From NCBI GenBank assembly GCA_964016885.1, contig OZ024764.1, forward strand, positions 10,168,001 through 10,232,000: a stretch of DNA of 64,000 nucleotides, written 5' to 3'. Origin of the DNA: Eledone cirrhosa. Its lineage: Eukaryota. The notes below the pieces were generated by a model. The model searched no databases, was not told where the DNA came from, and saw nothing but the letters and a program-made list of their open reading frames with translations. Made by a program: the position numbers and the translations under genes. Shown in pieces: positions 1 to 13,034 of the stretch (positions are counted from its first letter, which is position 1; every line of letters begins with the position of its first letter).

Positions 1-299
1 ACAGAACTGGACATGCCACGACCAGCGATGGCTTTGACGAAGATAAAACCGACGTCTGCAGCCCGAATGGTGCTCCGAGCGGCCCCCCCACAATGGAACT
101 GGACCCCAGAAGGCTTAGGGTCCACTTTAATATGGAGAAGAAGCCAGTCAAGAATAAGTACAATGGAACCACAACCACCCGTCCTCCACCATCTTCTACT
201 AAACCACAGTTGGAAGAGGAAGATACTGTATCATTGCTGCAGACATACCTCGGAGATTCGTCCATCCAACAGATGCTCCACCGCTTACAGCAAATTGAG
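1..299 (+). CDS. KIAA0753: KIAA0753-like exon (5' boundary uncertain)
   Basis: Open frame 3 RTGHATTSDG...MLHRLQQIE, donor GTAGGT at 300. Confidence 0.78.
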
Positions 300-2133
300 G
301 TAGGTCACTTTTAAAAATTATTTCGTTTGTTACCATTTCGGTTTTACGTTTTGCGTTTTTTATGAACCTTTTTGGTGTGTGAAGTGGGGGGAGCATGTTT
401 ATAGAATACTTTTATGTTTTGGGGGGTTTGGTTTTTTTTTTTTTTTTTTTAAAGAAATAACCTGTATGGGTTTGTGTGTGTGTGACAGCTCACACCTATG
501 AAGGTTTAGCTGGCCTCCTCCAAGGTATATCTCGTTGGAGGTGTCTTGGGTAGTTTAATGATATGGACCCCAGACCCTATCATCTCATTTCTACAGCTGA
601 GTAAACTGGAGCAACGTGTTCACAATAGGGATGTAACCCTATGCCATAAAGAATGTTGGCCGAGCTCAACCAATTACTGTCAATAGGGGTGTAAGACTAT
701 GACAAAGAATGTTGTCCGAGCTCAACCAATTACTGTCTATAGGGGTGTTGTTGTTGTTGTTGTCACAGCTCACACCTATGCAGGTTTAGCTGGCTTCCTC
801 CAAGGTATATCTCGTTGGAGGTGTCTTGGGTGCTTTAATGATAGTGACCCCAGTCCTATCATCTCATTTCTACAGCTGAGTAAAGTGGAGCAATGTGAAA
901 TAAAGTGTTTTGCTCAAGGAAACAACACATCACCCAGTCTGAGAATTGAACTCGCAATCTTTCAATTGCAAGGTCAATGCTCTAACCATTAAATCATGTG
1001 CCTCCATATATATAATATATATATATAATCATCCTCATCATCATTTTACACCTGCTTTTCCCTGCTTGCAAGGGTGGGATGGATCCTATTCAGCATCTAT
1101 CCACTTGTCACAGTCCTTCGTCATCTCCTCTGTGAGCTTCATTGATCTGAGGTCAGCTCTCACCACCTCCGCCCATGATTTTTGTGGTCTTCCTTCCACC
1201 GGGATTTCTTGGTCATCCTCCATGCACATCACATGTCCATACCATCTCAGTCTTCTCTCCCACACACTACAACTTATCCCGCTTATACACAGTTTCTGTC
1301 TCAACTCATCTATACTTGGTCGTTTACGCACATTGACATTGCACATCCAACGGAGCATGCTTGCTTCATTTCTCTCCAGCTGTCACATATCCTCTTTAAT
1401 TGCTGCCATGTCTCACTACCATGCGGCATCGCGCATCTCACACAGGCATCATATAACCAGCCTTTCATACGCAGAGAGAAAACCCTTGCTTGCCAAAAGA
1501 GGAAACAGATCCCTAAACTTGTTCCAACCCGTCCTTATTCTAGATACTATGGCCTCGGAGCACCCTCCTCCCTTGCTAATCTGATCACCTAGGTATCGGA
1601 AGCTATCAACGACCTCTAGAGAACCCAACTGCATTTGAAAAATGTGTCTATCACTGCGACTTCTACTGTCAAATTTCCCTGTACATCTACTACATATGAA
1701 GTTTTCCTTTCTTGTTAGTTTGCCTGCATCTATTGTGTACCCAAGATCTGCATTGTGTACATTCTATAGAGATATAATATGTTTATATTTGTATATATCA
1801 TGTATTGAGTACTACATTGATAAAGAAAGATGTCAGATAGAGATAGACAGAGAACTATATATAAACTTGTCAACTTAAAAAATACTATAAAAACCATCTC
1901 CTACTCACCCATTAAATGGTAAATAAGATCTCTCCATTGTTAATCCGTTCTTAAGGGGTTTTACATACAGTTTTTTACACTATTGTCATTGCTTACCAAC
2001 ATTTTCAAATATATATGTATTTATATATAAAGTATTTCCGTGGAAAAGGTAAAGGAAAGAATTTCCTTCTGATGGGGCCGCCTGTCTTCGTGAAACCGTG
2101 GGTAATGGAATAATTAGTGTGTTGTTTATTATA

Positions 2134-2173
<40 letters not shown>

Positions 2174-2654
2174 ATATAAAGAAATACACAGATACATGCG
2201 GACACATACATATACATGAATATATCCACATATATCCCTGAATTTGTATCTTTGTGATGTAGTGTTTTTGCATAATATGCCACGAAACTACGTAGTCGAG
2301 GAGTAATAAAGGAATTTGGGTATGGTATATCTTATTAATTATATTTAATGTTTCTTCTTTCTTTATAATGTATTATATATATATATATATATATATAATT
2401 CTTCACTTCTTTTCTATACTTCACACCGAGTGTTTGTTTTTTCTATACATTTAAAAATATATTTGTATATATATAGAGAGAGAGATAAATGTGTATATAT
2501 ATATATATATAGGTGTGTGTGTGTGAGTGTTTATATATATGTATGTATATATATATATATATACACATATAATTGTATGTACAAATTCCTTGAAACGTGT
2601 AAGAAATTAAATATAAGATATTTTTTCCTTCTATGTACTCGTTTATATATATAC

Positions 2655-2690
<36 letters not shown>

Positions 2691-5600
2691 CACTAACTAG
2701 TCGATAAAATATCGTACCCTGTTGATATATAAAACTTCAAACAACTTAAAACATAAGGAATCTGACTAAAATCTCCGACCGTAAAAACAGTTTCTGAATT
2801 GAAAAATAAATAAGTCAGACCACTTCAACAGCTTGAGACGATCAATGGTGATCATCATCAGACAAAATTCTTCGATGCTTTGTACAGTTTATGAATCGGA
2901 AAGTTGCTTGGGATTATATATATCCCCCAGGGGACGATATTTTATTAACCTGTTAGTCATATATATATATATATATATATATAAATAAGTTCACACACTA
3001 CAACAGCCTTTTCACAGACAGCCCTCCACCCCGGAGTCAAATTTCTTAGTCTCTTTTCACTATCTTCCATGATGATAAGTTTGGGTTCTATGTAACACTG
3101 TTTCTGTAAATTTTGTCGAAGTTTCCAAATGAGATCGTCCTGTCTTGCATCATAATCGGATGATGGAGCTGGGCTATTGAAATATGTTTAGGGATTTCAA
3201 GGAATTAAAATTTTACAGCACATCTTCCAGTACGACCTTCTGTTGTAGTTTTAAATAAATAAATATATATATATATAAATATAAATATATATATATATAG
3301 GCTCCGCTGTATGTTAAAAAAGGGGTTAAAGCCGTCAGAGCCGAAAGAGAAAGAGACATATTCTGTCCATTAGCTTAGAGACATACATGTTGTTGTGTTG
3401 AAAGTTTTGGTTGAAATAGTCCAGGGGAGATAACTACTGTCAGCCGTACATTATCAGCAGATAGCGTGTCGAGAGATACTGAACCAGTTTAAATGTCCTT
3501 TAAACTGATATAAACATCTATTGACATTGATTTAATTAATTGGAGAAGATAGTATGGTCCATGTTTGATTGTTAGGGACCCAGTAATATATATGTGTTTA
3601 TTTTTAAAATAAAATTTAGTAAGGGTATCATTGACAATAGATTTCGAAATCAGAAAATGAAAATATCTCGTCGCATTCAGTGGATTCGTTACACGTTACT
3701 ATTATATAATAATATATGTGTATGTATTTATGATTATGTATATATATTTATATATAAATATAATATGATATATGTGTGTGTGTGTTATAAAATTTCAACA
3801 AATTTCAATAATATTAAGACACCCTAATGGGGGTTAAACCCCCTATAGTAAAAATTTTGGAAGCCCGTAACTTGAGTATTGGAACCTCTATTATCACAGG
3901 GTTTTTCTATTAATTAAACGTAAATCAACAAAAAAAGCACCTCTTTTATAGTAAAATTTGGCTAATTTAGCCATTTTATCCATGGCAAAACATCACTAGA
4001 ATTATGACAACAAAAATTATTAGTTAATACCTCTACTTTTATAACATTTTCCCTTTATTTTTTCTCCATAAATTATATCACTGTTTTAAAATCAATCATC
4101 ATTTTCTTACAAAAAAAATGTGTGAAACGCAGCAAGGCGCGGGTAATTCGGCTAGTGTATATATATATATATGTAAGAATGCGTAAAAATGATGATAGTG
4201 GTGGTAAATTTACTAATTTCCTTTGTCTCCTGTCCCTATCTCCACAGCAAGAACAGTTGAAGATTCGCCAGAACTGGTCCACACTGGTTTACCCGGTAAC
4301 ATCACAGCGCAAGGGACAAGCCCCACACAACGGTAACATATTCAGCCCCTTTCTTTCTCTATCTTCTATCTCCTTTACAACCATGTTTAAAAACGGACAT
4401 AAAAATGATGATGATGATAACAGGCTACTAAGATCCTTATTTATACATATATATATATATATATTTTTTTTTTCCTTACTTTCAAGAATTTATATACACA
4501 CACACACACGTGTGTGTGTATATATATTATATATATATATAGACAGTCAATCGACTTTCGTCAAATCGGACCGAGGAAACAATGTTCCCGTTGGTCTTTC
4601 CAATTGCTAATACTATCTATCAGTCGCAACTCCAGGTAGAAGGAGCAATGTGAAATAAAGTATCTTGCTCAAGGACATAATGCATCACCGGGTCCAGGAA
4701 TCGAACTCACATATATATATATGTGTATATGTATGTTTATATACACACACTCACACAGGCACACTTGTGTGTGTAACTGTATATATATATATATATATGT
4801 ATGTGTATGTATACACACACACACGTGTGTCAATGAACAGTATATACTCCACGTTACAACCCCCTGGATATATATATATATAGATAGATAGATATATGCT
4901 GCATGGTAGTGAGACATGGGCAGCAACTACAGAGGATATGCATCGGCTGGAGAGAAATGAAGCAAGCATGTTCCGTTGGATGTGCAATGTCAATGTGCGT
5001 GAATGACCAAGCATAGATGAGTTGAGAAAGAAACTGTGTATAAGAGGGATAAGTTGTGGTGTGTGGGAGAGAAGACTGCGTTGGTATGGACATGTGATGT
5101 GCATGGAGGATGACTGCTAGGTAAAGAAGTGCCAAGAAATCCCAGTAAAAGGAAGACGCAGTAGAGGAAGACCACGAAAAACCATGGGCGGAGGTGGTGA
5201 GAGCAGACCTCAGATCGCTGAAGCTCACGGAGGAGATGACGAAGGACCGTTACAAGTGGAGAGATGCTGTGCTGAATAGGACCTGTCCCACTCTTGCAAG
5301 CAGGGAAAAGCGGACGTAAAATGACAATGATGATGATGATATATATATATGTGTATATATGTACATGATGTAACCTCACCAACTCACAGTTGGCCAAGCG
5401 TGGTGAGTATGGGTACACCCCTGAAGATATAACCAAAACCAAACAGAAAGTTGTGGGGGTCAACCAGGGAGGGGTTCCTCCAACAGGAGCGAGGCGGCCC
5501 TAGTTAGGATTTTGGATTAGATATTGTATATAACTATAAGATGTAATTATAACCTCATGTTTTCTTCTTCCATGTCTTACTATTGCTGTTGCTGTTGTTG

Positions 5601-8560
5601 CTGATGATCCGCTGTTCAGGAGTTCAAGGCAGAGCTGTGTCACCAATTCTGAATACAACTGAAGAACCACATCAAAAGTAAATGTCTTTCATTTTCTGCA
5701 ATTTGTTATGATGATGCCAATACAAATACCTAATTTTTGCTGGACCGGCAATCACTCTGTATAATCAGCTCCTGATTATTTCTGGAATTCTATAAGATTT
5801 GTTTCCACTCATGTATTTTTCGAAAATGTTATTTATTTATTATATAAATTAAATGATAGTATTCTATATGCAGGTGGGCCCCCTTTATCTCCTGGCAACC
5901 AATATTTTTGGACCCAGTCTGCCACTGTACATACATATACATTCATTGCTGTAGTGGAGTCTGTGCTGCTGTATGGGTCTGAGACTTGGACACTGACCAA
6001 GAAACCCACTCAGATGGTGGATGGGTGCTACACGAGAATGCTGAGGATGGCTCTGAACATTAATCAGTATACACTGAGGATGAAGAACTCAGAGCTGTAT
6101 GGGAGCCTCCCAAAAGTCAGCTCAAAAGTGACACAGAGGAGACTGAGGTTGGCTGGACATGCTCACCGACATCCAGAGTTGACACTGCACTCAGTGCTCC
6201 TTTGGGAGCCCCTACATGGACACACTAGAAGAGGAAGACCAAGGTTAACGTATGTTGATGCCCTAAGAACAGACACTGGTCTGTTGGAGATGCAGGACAT
6301 GGCAGCGATAATGAGGGACAGAGACCGCTGGAGAGAGCTCGTCCATGGATCTCGGGAATTTTACCCGCCCTAGAATAGAATATATATATTTTTTTTATTT
6401 ATTAAATAGCTCTGTACCATACATGTAGCACTCTTCTTTACCTTTTCACAGAAATACTTTACATATATATATGTGTGTGTATATATATATTATTATTTTT
6501 TATACTTTTCCAGTGTCCGATCTCCAGAAGCCATCACCTTCACCAAAGAAGAAACCCACCACGGGGCAGACTGGACTAAACTGGTTTCAACTTCGTCTCC
6601 TTTTCCATCACCTCGTCTCCACCATCCTCATATCACTGCCGGACACTACACTAACACCGCTCCATCGTCTCCAGCCGACGCTCCGCTGACCGAAAGCCGA
6701 CTGTTTGTTCAGAGACATACGCTGGGCGCGGTCAAAAAGAACCGCGCAGCCTATCTCTTGTATCTGAAGAACTCAGCCTATCACCAGGTGGAGAATTTTG
6801 ACCCCTGGGACCTTACGGAAAAGTATGACCTTTGTTGTTTTTTTTATTTGGAGTGTGGTGGTGGTGGGTTGTATTTTTCCGCTAGAATTTTTTCTTCTTT
6901 TATCACCATGGACGGGGTAATGGTGTTCGTGTGCGGGCTGGGTTGTATTTTTCCGCTAGAATTTTTTCTTCTTTTATCACCATGGATGGGGTAGTGGTGT
7001 TCGTGTGCGGGCTGGGTTGTATTTTTTCTTCTTTTATCACCATGGAGTGGGGTGGTGGTGGCCGTGTGCGTGTGTGTGTGTGTGTGGGGGCGGGGGTTGT
7101 ATTTTTCCGTTGAAATTTTTTCTTCTTTCATCATCACCATGGAGTGGAGTGTTGGTGGTCATGTGTGTGTGTGTGGGTGGGGGGAATGGGGGTTGTATTT
7201 TCCCGTGTAAATGTTTTCTCTTTCATAATCATCATCATCATCAACATCAACAGCATTGCTATCATCATATATATATATATTTACACAATCTTGCCTGGAC
7301 TTGTGCCTCGGAGGGCAACTTACTAGGTGCAAATGCCATGGTCATTCATCATTGTTTAACGTCCATCTTCCATGCTAGCATGGGTTAGACGGGTTTGTCC
7401 CATCTAGAGACAAGCTGGGTCAGGTGAGCTCCCTATCGCAAACCACATTTACAGTGTGAGCTGGGTGCGTTTTACCGTGTCTTTTACACGACCACTTTAC
7501 AATGAGGGCTGGGTGCTTTTTATATATATATATATATCATCATCATTTTACGTCCGCTTTTCCATGCTTGCAAGGGTGGGATGGGAACTGATTCTAGCTT
7601 GATTTCTACAGCTGGATGCCCTTCCTAACACCAACCTCATTTACAGTGAGTGCTGGGTGCTTTTTTGCCGTGGCACCTCCACGTCCACTTTGCAGTGGAA
7701 TGATAGGGACCCCAGTCTCTATCATCTCATTTCTACAGCTGAGTAAACTGGAGCAATGTGAAATAAAGTGTCTTGCTCAAGGAAACAACACATCACCCAG
7801 TCTGAGAATTGAACTCACAACCTTTCGATTGCAAGGCCAATGCTCTAACCACTAAGCCATGTGCCTCCATCAGATATATATATATATATCATAATAATAA
7901 TGAAAATATTGTGTACAGTGCTCAGGTGCACTACAACTCATCAAAAGTGTATGTATAGTACGTAGGGTAATGTACAAACGTCAGGAAAATGAACAGTGCA
8001 TGAGTCATGGTGTGCATGTGTATGGAGAACATTAGGTGTAGTTTTGGCGAATTTCGGCAAGCATGAGTGTTTTAAATGATGCAGTGTCTCGACAGCTAAC
8101 AACTGACGCAGGCAGTTTGTTCCATGCTTCATCATCATCGTTTAATGTCTATCTTCCACGCTAGCATGTGTTAGCCGGAGTTGTTCCACTTGAGGCAAGG
8201 TTAGTCGGGTGACCGTGTCTCTCGCGTATAGGACTACCTGGCAGGTTTTCTACGGCTGGATGCCCTTTCTAACACCAACCACATTTACAGTGTGGACTGG
8301 GAGCTTTTTACAGTGTTACCTACACGGCCACATTACAGCGTGGACTGTGTTTTTTTCCCTCCCTTTTTTTTTTATATGTATATAAATATGGCCATTTTGT
8401 ATTTTCCCCGTTTATTTGTAGAATTGCTGATTCCATACTTTCCGACTGTGTTGTGGATGTCCTTAAAGAAGTGCAGGTACTTAGCGATGATATCATCCAA
8501 CAGATTTATGAAAACGAATTCATTGCTGTCCCATCATCTACAGATCTCCAGAGCCAGTGA
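1..8560 (+). CDS. KIAA0753: KIAA0753 / moonraker (MNR/OFIP)-like centriolar protein, C-terminal 5 exons (gene starts left of window)
   Basis: Exons <1-299, 4248-4332, 5620-5677, 6514-6822, 8422-8560 join in frame (intron phases 0,1,2,2). Peptide ...SIQQMLHRLQQIEQEQLKIRQNWSTLVY...SPEAITFTK...YLLYLKNSAYHQVENFDPWDLTEKIADSILSDCVVDVLKEVQVLSDDIIQQIYENEF* resembles the recalled KIAA0753 C-terminus (MLQRMEEME..VRQRY; F.PW.IAE...EL.D.CE.YAE.VF.SEF). Recognised from memory, not by a search. Confidence 0.78.
747..1005 (-). mobile_element. SINE A head/central domain with a different 3' body and (CAA)n tail (partial duplicate 484-618)
   Basis: Shared head up to ..GGGGTC, then GCACCCAAGACACCTCCAACGAGATATACC.. 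Confidence 0.7.
1028..1760 (-). mobile_element. RTE-clade LINE 3' fragment (family A)
   Basis: FRYLG..GGC..AIVSRI..GW.KFR, MLRWMC, RRLRWYGHV; (ATG)n tail. Confidence 0.85.
4248..4332 (+). CDS. KIAA0753: KIAA0753-like exon
   Basis: Pyrimidine tract + CAG; QEQLKIRQNWSTLVYPVTSQRKGQAPHN; donor GTAACA, phase 1. Confidence 0.75.
4897..5340 (+). mobile_element. RTE-clade LINE 3' fragment (family A)
   Basis: [19 protein letters not shown]; ends CTTGCAAGCAGGGAAAAGCGGACGTAAAATGA..(TGA)n. Confidence 0.85.
5620..5677 (+). CDS. KIAA0753: KIAA0753-like exon (58 nt)
   Basis: TTCAG acceptor, GVQGRAVSPILNTTEEPHQN, donor GTAAAT; bridges phase 1 to phase 2 exactly. Confidence 0.65.
5940..6380 (+). mobile_element. 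RTE/RTE-X LINE 3' fragment, intact 139-aa RT C-terminus (partial sister at 56110-56310)
   Basis: ESVLLYGSETWTLT..MLRMALNI..RRLRLAGH..LLWEP..RGRP.LTY. Confidence 0.85.
6514..6822 (+). CDS. KIAA0753: KIAA0753-like exon
   Basis: TACTTTTCCAG acceptor; VRSPEAITFTK...ENFDPWDLTEK; donor GTATGA. Confidence 0.8.
7538..7868 (-). mobile_element. tRNA-derived SINE family A, full length
   Basis: Head GGAGGCACATGGCTTAGTGGTTAGAGC..GTTCAATTC (A/B boxes), central CCTTGAGCAAGACACTT..CAGCTGTAGAAATG domain, RTE-type tail. Confidence 0.85.
8422..8560 (+). CDS. KIAA0753: KIAA0753-like terminal coding exon
   Basis: TTTGTAG acceptor; IADSILSDCVVDVLKEVQVLSDDIIQQIYENEFIAVPSSTDLQSQ, TGA at 8558-8560. Confidence 0.8.
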
Positions 8561-8704
8561 TACCTGTGGCAGTCCCAGTGAACTGTGGATTCTATATTTA
8601 TTTAGCGTTTTCTTTTCTTTTTTTTCTCTCTGACTTGTTTAGTGCAAAGTCAGTCATGATCCAGTAGACCTGTGATCAAAGATGTTCCAGCTATGACCAT
8701 CCTG

Positions 8705-8950
8705 TCTTACGTCCAGACACAGTGTATCTAGGACTACATTATCTAATGTGTCCTGTTTTATATACAGACACAGTGTATCTAGGACTACGTTATCTAATGT
8801 GTCCTGTCTTATATAGTGTATCTAGGACTACATTATCTAATGTGTCCTGTCTTATATATAGACACAGTGTACCTAGGACTACATTATCTAATGTGTCCTG
8901 TCTTTTATCCAGACACCATGTACCTAGGACGACATTATCTAATGTGATCT
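8705..8950. repeat. 51-bp tandem repeat within a dispersed element (inverted sister 58337-58640)
   Basis: TGTATCTAGGACTACATTATCTAATGTGTCCTGTCTTATATACAGACACAG. Confidence 0.85.
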
Positions 8951-9669
8951 TCCTTATTGTTTAGTCCCAGGTCAGTCTTGATCCAGCAGACATATGATCA
9001 AAGATGTTCCAACTGTGACCATTAATTAAGGCATGCAAGATTTCACAGCTCTAGCATCACTCCTTTATAGTCAGCCTCTGACCAAGATACTCTCATGGAA
9101 TGACCAAATGAGGTTTATTTTTCAATATGCAGTTATTAATATGGACATTTCAGCTGACCCTCGGACTGAAAGCAAGGACTTTCTGACCACAGAACATTCA
9201 GGGGAAGGGGTTGTTACATGTTCTGCATCTAAACACACTTCTCGAGTGACACTCAGTTACTCATTCGAGTGAAGTAAAGAACTCAACTGGACTTCCCTAC
9301 ACTCACCATGTTGTGAGGTAGTGCAGACCATGAAGGAAAAAAAAAAAATGAATTTTATTGTGCCAAATAAAATACACACACACACACATACATTCTTACA
9401 CACACATATACATTCATACACAATCACATATATATGTACAGACACACACTCATACATATACATACATACCCATACAAATAAACATACATACATACAATCA
9501 TATATATATATATATCAACATCACCGTTTCATGTCCATTCTTCCACGCTAGCATGGGTTAGACGGGTTGTCCTGTTGTGGGCAGTGTCTGGTTGGCTGAC
9601 CATGCCTTGCTCATACGGGAACTGATTCTGGCTTGATTTCTACAGCTGGATGCCCTTCCTAACACCAAC

Positions 9670-11210
9670 CTCATTTACAGTGAGTACTGGATGCTTTTTT
9701 ACCATGGCGCCTACATGTCCACTTTACAGTGAGTACTGGGTGCTTTTTGTTGGGACACCTACATGACCACTTTACAGTGAGTACTGGGTACTTTTTGTTG
9801 TGACACCTACATGACCACTTGACAGTGAGTACTGGGTGCTTTTTGTTGGGACACCTACATGACCACTTTACAGTGAGTACTGGGTACTTTTTGTTGTGAC
9901 ACCTACATGACCACTTGACAGTGAGTACTGTGTGCTTTTTGTTGTGACACCTACATGACCACTTGACAGTGAGTACTGGGTGCTTTTTTGTTGACACCTA
10001 CATGACCACTTTACAGTGAGAACTGGGTGCTTTTTGTTGTGACACCTACATGACCACTTTACAGTGAGAACTGGGTGCTTTTTGTTGTGACTCCTACATG
10101 TCCACTTTACAGTGTGGACTGGGTGCTTTTTGTTGTGACACCTACATGACCACTTTACAGTGAGAACTGGGTGCTTTTTGTTGTGACACCTACATGACCA
10201 CTTTACAGTGAGAACTGGGTGCTTTTTGTTGTGACACCTACATGACCACTTTACAGTGAGAACTGGGTGCTTTTTGTTGTGACACCTACATGACCACTTT
10301 ACAGTGAGTACTGGGAGCTTTTTGTTGACACCTACATGACCACTTTACAGTGAGAACTGGGTGCTTTTTGTTGTGACACCTACATGTCCACTTTACAGTG
10401 AGTACTGGGAGCTTTTTGTTGTGACACCTACATGTCCACTTTACAGTGTGGACTGGGTGCTTTTTGTTGTGACACCTACATGACCACTTTACAGTGAGAA
10501 CTGGGTGCTTTTTGTTGTGACACCTACATGACCACTTTACAGTGAGTACTGGGAGCTTTTTGTTGTGACACCTACATGACCACTTTACAGTGTGGACTGG
10601 GTGTTGTTTGTTGTGACACCTACATGACCACTTGACAGTGAGTATTGGGTGCTTTTTGTTGTGACACCTACATGACCACTTTACAGTGAGTACTGGGTGC
10701 TTTTTTGTTGTGACACCTACATGACCACTTCACAGTGAGAACTGGGTGCTTTTTGTTGTGACACCTACATGACCACTTCACAGTGAGTACTTGGTACTTT
10801 TTTTACTGTGGTACCTACACATCCACTTTACAGTGTGGACTGGGTACTTTTTTACTGTGGTACCTACACATCCACTTTACAGTGAGTACTGGGTACTTTT
10901 TTACTGTGGTACCTACCCATCCACTTCACAATGAGTACTTTTTTTACTGTGGTACCTACACATCCACTTCACAGTGAGTACTGGGTACTTTTTTTACTGT
11001 GGTACCTACACATCCACTTCACAGTGAGTAATGGGTACTTTTTTACTGTGGTACCTACACATCCACTTCACAGTGAGTACTGGGTACTTTTTTTACTGTG
11101 GTACCTACACGACCACTTTACAGTGTGAGCTGCGTACTTTTTTTCTGTGGCACCTACACGACCACTTTACAGTGAGTACTGGGTACTTTATTGCCATGGC
11201 ACCTCCCACT
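9670..11210. repeat. 48-bp minisatellite (about 32 copies) inside an RTE family-B 3' end (9520-11350 -)
   Basis: CACTTTACAGTGAGTACTGGGTGCTTTTTGTTGTGACACCTACATGAC. Confidence 0.92.
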
Positions 11211-11379
11211 TGCAGTGGGAGGAGGTGGGGGGAATATTGTCTATATGCTTCAGCTTCGGCTTGTACCTGTGGGAAGTCAGGTCTTCTGTATTACTGCGTA
11301 ACACCAGAGGTCTCACTCCTGTGTCATCGCCTTTGAGAGGTGCAATTGAGTAAGATCGGATATATATATATATATATAT

Positions 11380-11575
11380 ATAACAAAGGAAATGTGGTAA
11401 GGAACCAGGTGGACCATAACGCACCAAAGTACTCAATACTTGAGGTAGTAGAGTGGGTAATAGGAACCAGTAAGACCCCGACAGCTGAGCTCAAGCCGTT
11501 TCGACGGCTAATTCTGGACTGAATTAGCCGTCGAAACGGCTTGAGCTCAGCTGTCGGGGTCTTACTGGTTCCTAT
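11380..11575. mobile_element. Short fold-back element in (TA)n (sister of 20017-20212)
   Basis: About 54-bp perfect arms TAGGAACC...GCTAATTC / GAATTAGC...GGTTCCTA after a shared 80-bp leader. Confidence 0.75.
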
Positions 11576-11974
11576 ATATATATATATATATATATACATA
11601 CACACATATATACAGACATATATATATACACACACATTCAAAGACACATCACACATATAGTGCATATCAAAATATATATACTTTTATTCTTTTACTGGTT
11701 TCAGTCATTTGACTACGACCCTGCTGGGGCACTGCCTTAAGTCGACCATGTTGACACCCGCTCCAGCTCTACTTTTATCGTGTTTTATCAATCTCTTTTT
11801 TGTTGAACCGCTAAGTTACGGAATATAAACACACACACATATATATATATATATACATACATATGAATATATACATACGTATATACATATGTGTATATAT
11901 ATATATGTATATTTATATGTGTGCATTGGTGTTCAAAAGGTAAGAGCTCAGCCATCGGGCCCCAAACTCTCTAA

Positions 11975-12021
11975 CATATATATATATATATATACACACA
12001 CAGATATATGTGAATATATAC

Positions 12022-12054
<33 letters not shown>

Positions 12055-12803
12055 TATGTATATACATATATATATGTATATACATATATATATACATATA
12101 TATATGTATATACATATATATATACATATATATATGTATATACATATATATACATATGTATATACATGTATATACATATGTATATGTATATACATATGTA
12201 TATACATATGTATATGTATATACATATGTATATACATATATACATGCATATACATATGTATATACATATATATATGTATATACATATGTATATACATATA
12301 TATATGTATATACATATATATATGTATATACATATATATATGTATATACATATATATATGTATATATATGTATATACATATATATGTATATATATGTATA
12401 TACATATATGTATATATATGTATATACATATATATGTATATACATATATATGTATATACATATATATGTATATACATATATATACATACACATATATATG
12501 TATATACATATATATACATACACATATATATGTTTATATATCTATATATATGTTTATATATCTATATATATGTATATATATCTATATATATCTATATATC
12601 TATATATATATCTATATATCTATATATATATATATATCTATATATATCTATATATCTATATATATCTATATATCTATATATATGTATATATATATATGTA
12701 TATACATATATATATGTATATACATATATATACATACACATGTATATATGTGAATATATACATATATATGTTTATATATATATACACATACATACATATT
12801 TTG

Positions 12804-12835
<32 letters not shown>

Positions 12836-12840
12836 ATGTC
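11975..12840. repeat. Compound (TA)n/(TATACA)/(TATC) microsatellite
   Basis: About 860 bp of near-pure alternating purine-pyrimidine sequence. Confidence 0.95.
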
Positions 12841-13034
12841 CATGTACACATACACATATACTATTATATGTGTGGTCGGATGAGTGAGGGGTGGACGGTG
12901 GGGGTGTAGCTCGACAGGTTCAGCCACCCCCACCTCACCCCATCCTCCATTTCCAGCAAGATCTGCTCTTGTAATCAAAAAATAAAATACAATAAAATAA
13001 TTTTTACACAGACCCAGTTTCAAGTTTTGACATT

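Noticed and set aside
2835-2870. CTGATGA plus hairpin on the - strand; also a partial motif at 3300-3370 (+)
   Set aside because: GAAA half or CUGA half missing; too decayed to call
5390-5402. 13-nt AG/GTGAGT micro-exon with the right phases for the KIAA0753-like gene
   Set aside because: Weak pyrimidine tract; the 58-nt exon at 5620-5677 already bridges the phases. Only RNA data could rescue it.
7616-7855. Recurrent 79-aa [11 protein letters not shown]... (several copies)
   Set aside because: Antisense reading of SINE A, not a gene family
9314-9322. TGAGGTAGT let-7-like start (also at 11441)
   Set aside because: Match ends after the seed and there is no precursor hairpin
11461-11575. Functional hammerhead or pre-miRNA in the hairpin
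   Set aside because: CUGANGA half is absent; the perfect repeat-derived stem has no miRNA evidence
11889-12883. Long ORFs (up to 315 aa) of Y/I/V/T
   Set aside because: Translation of (TA)n microsatellite lacking stop codons
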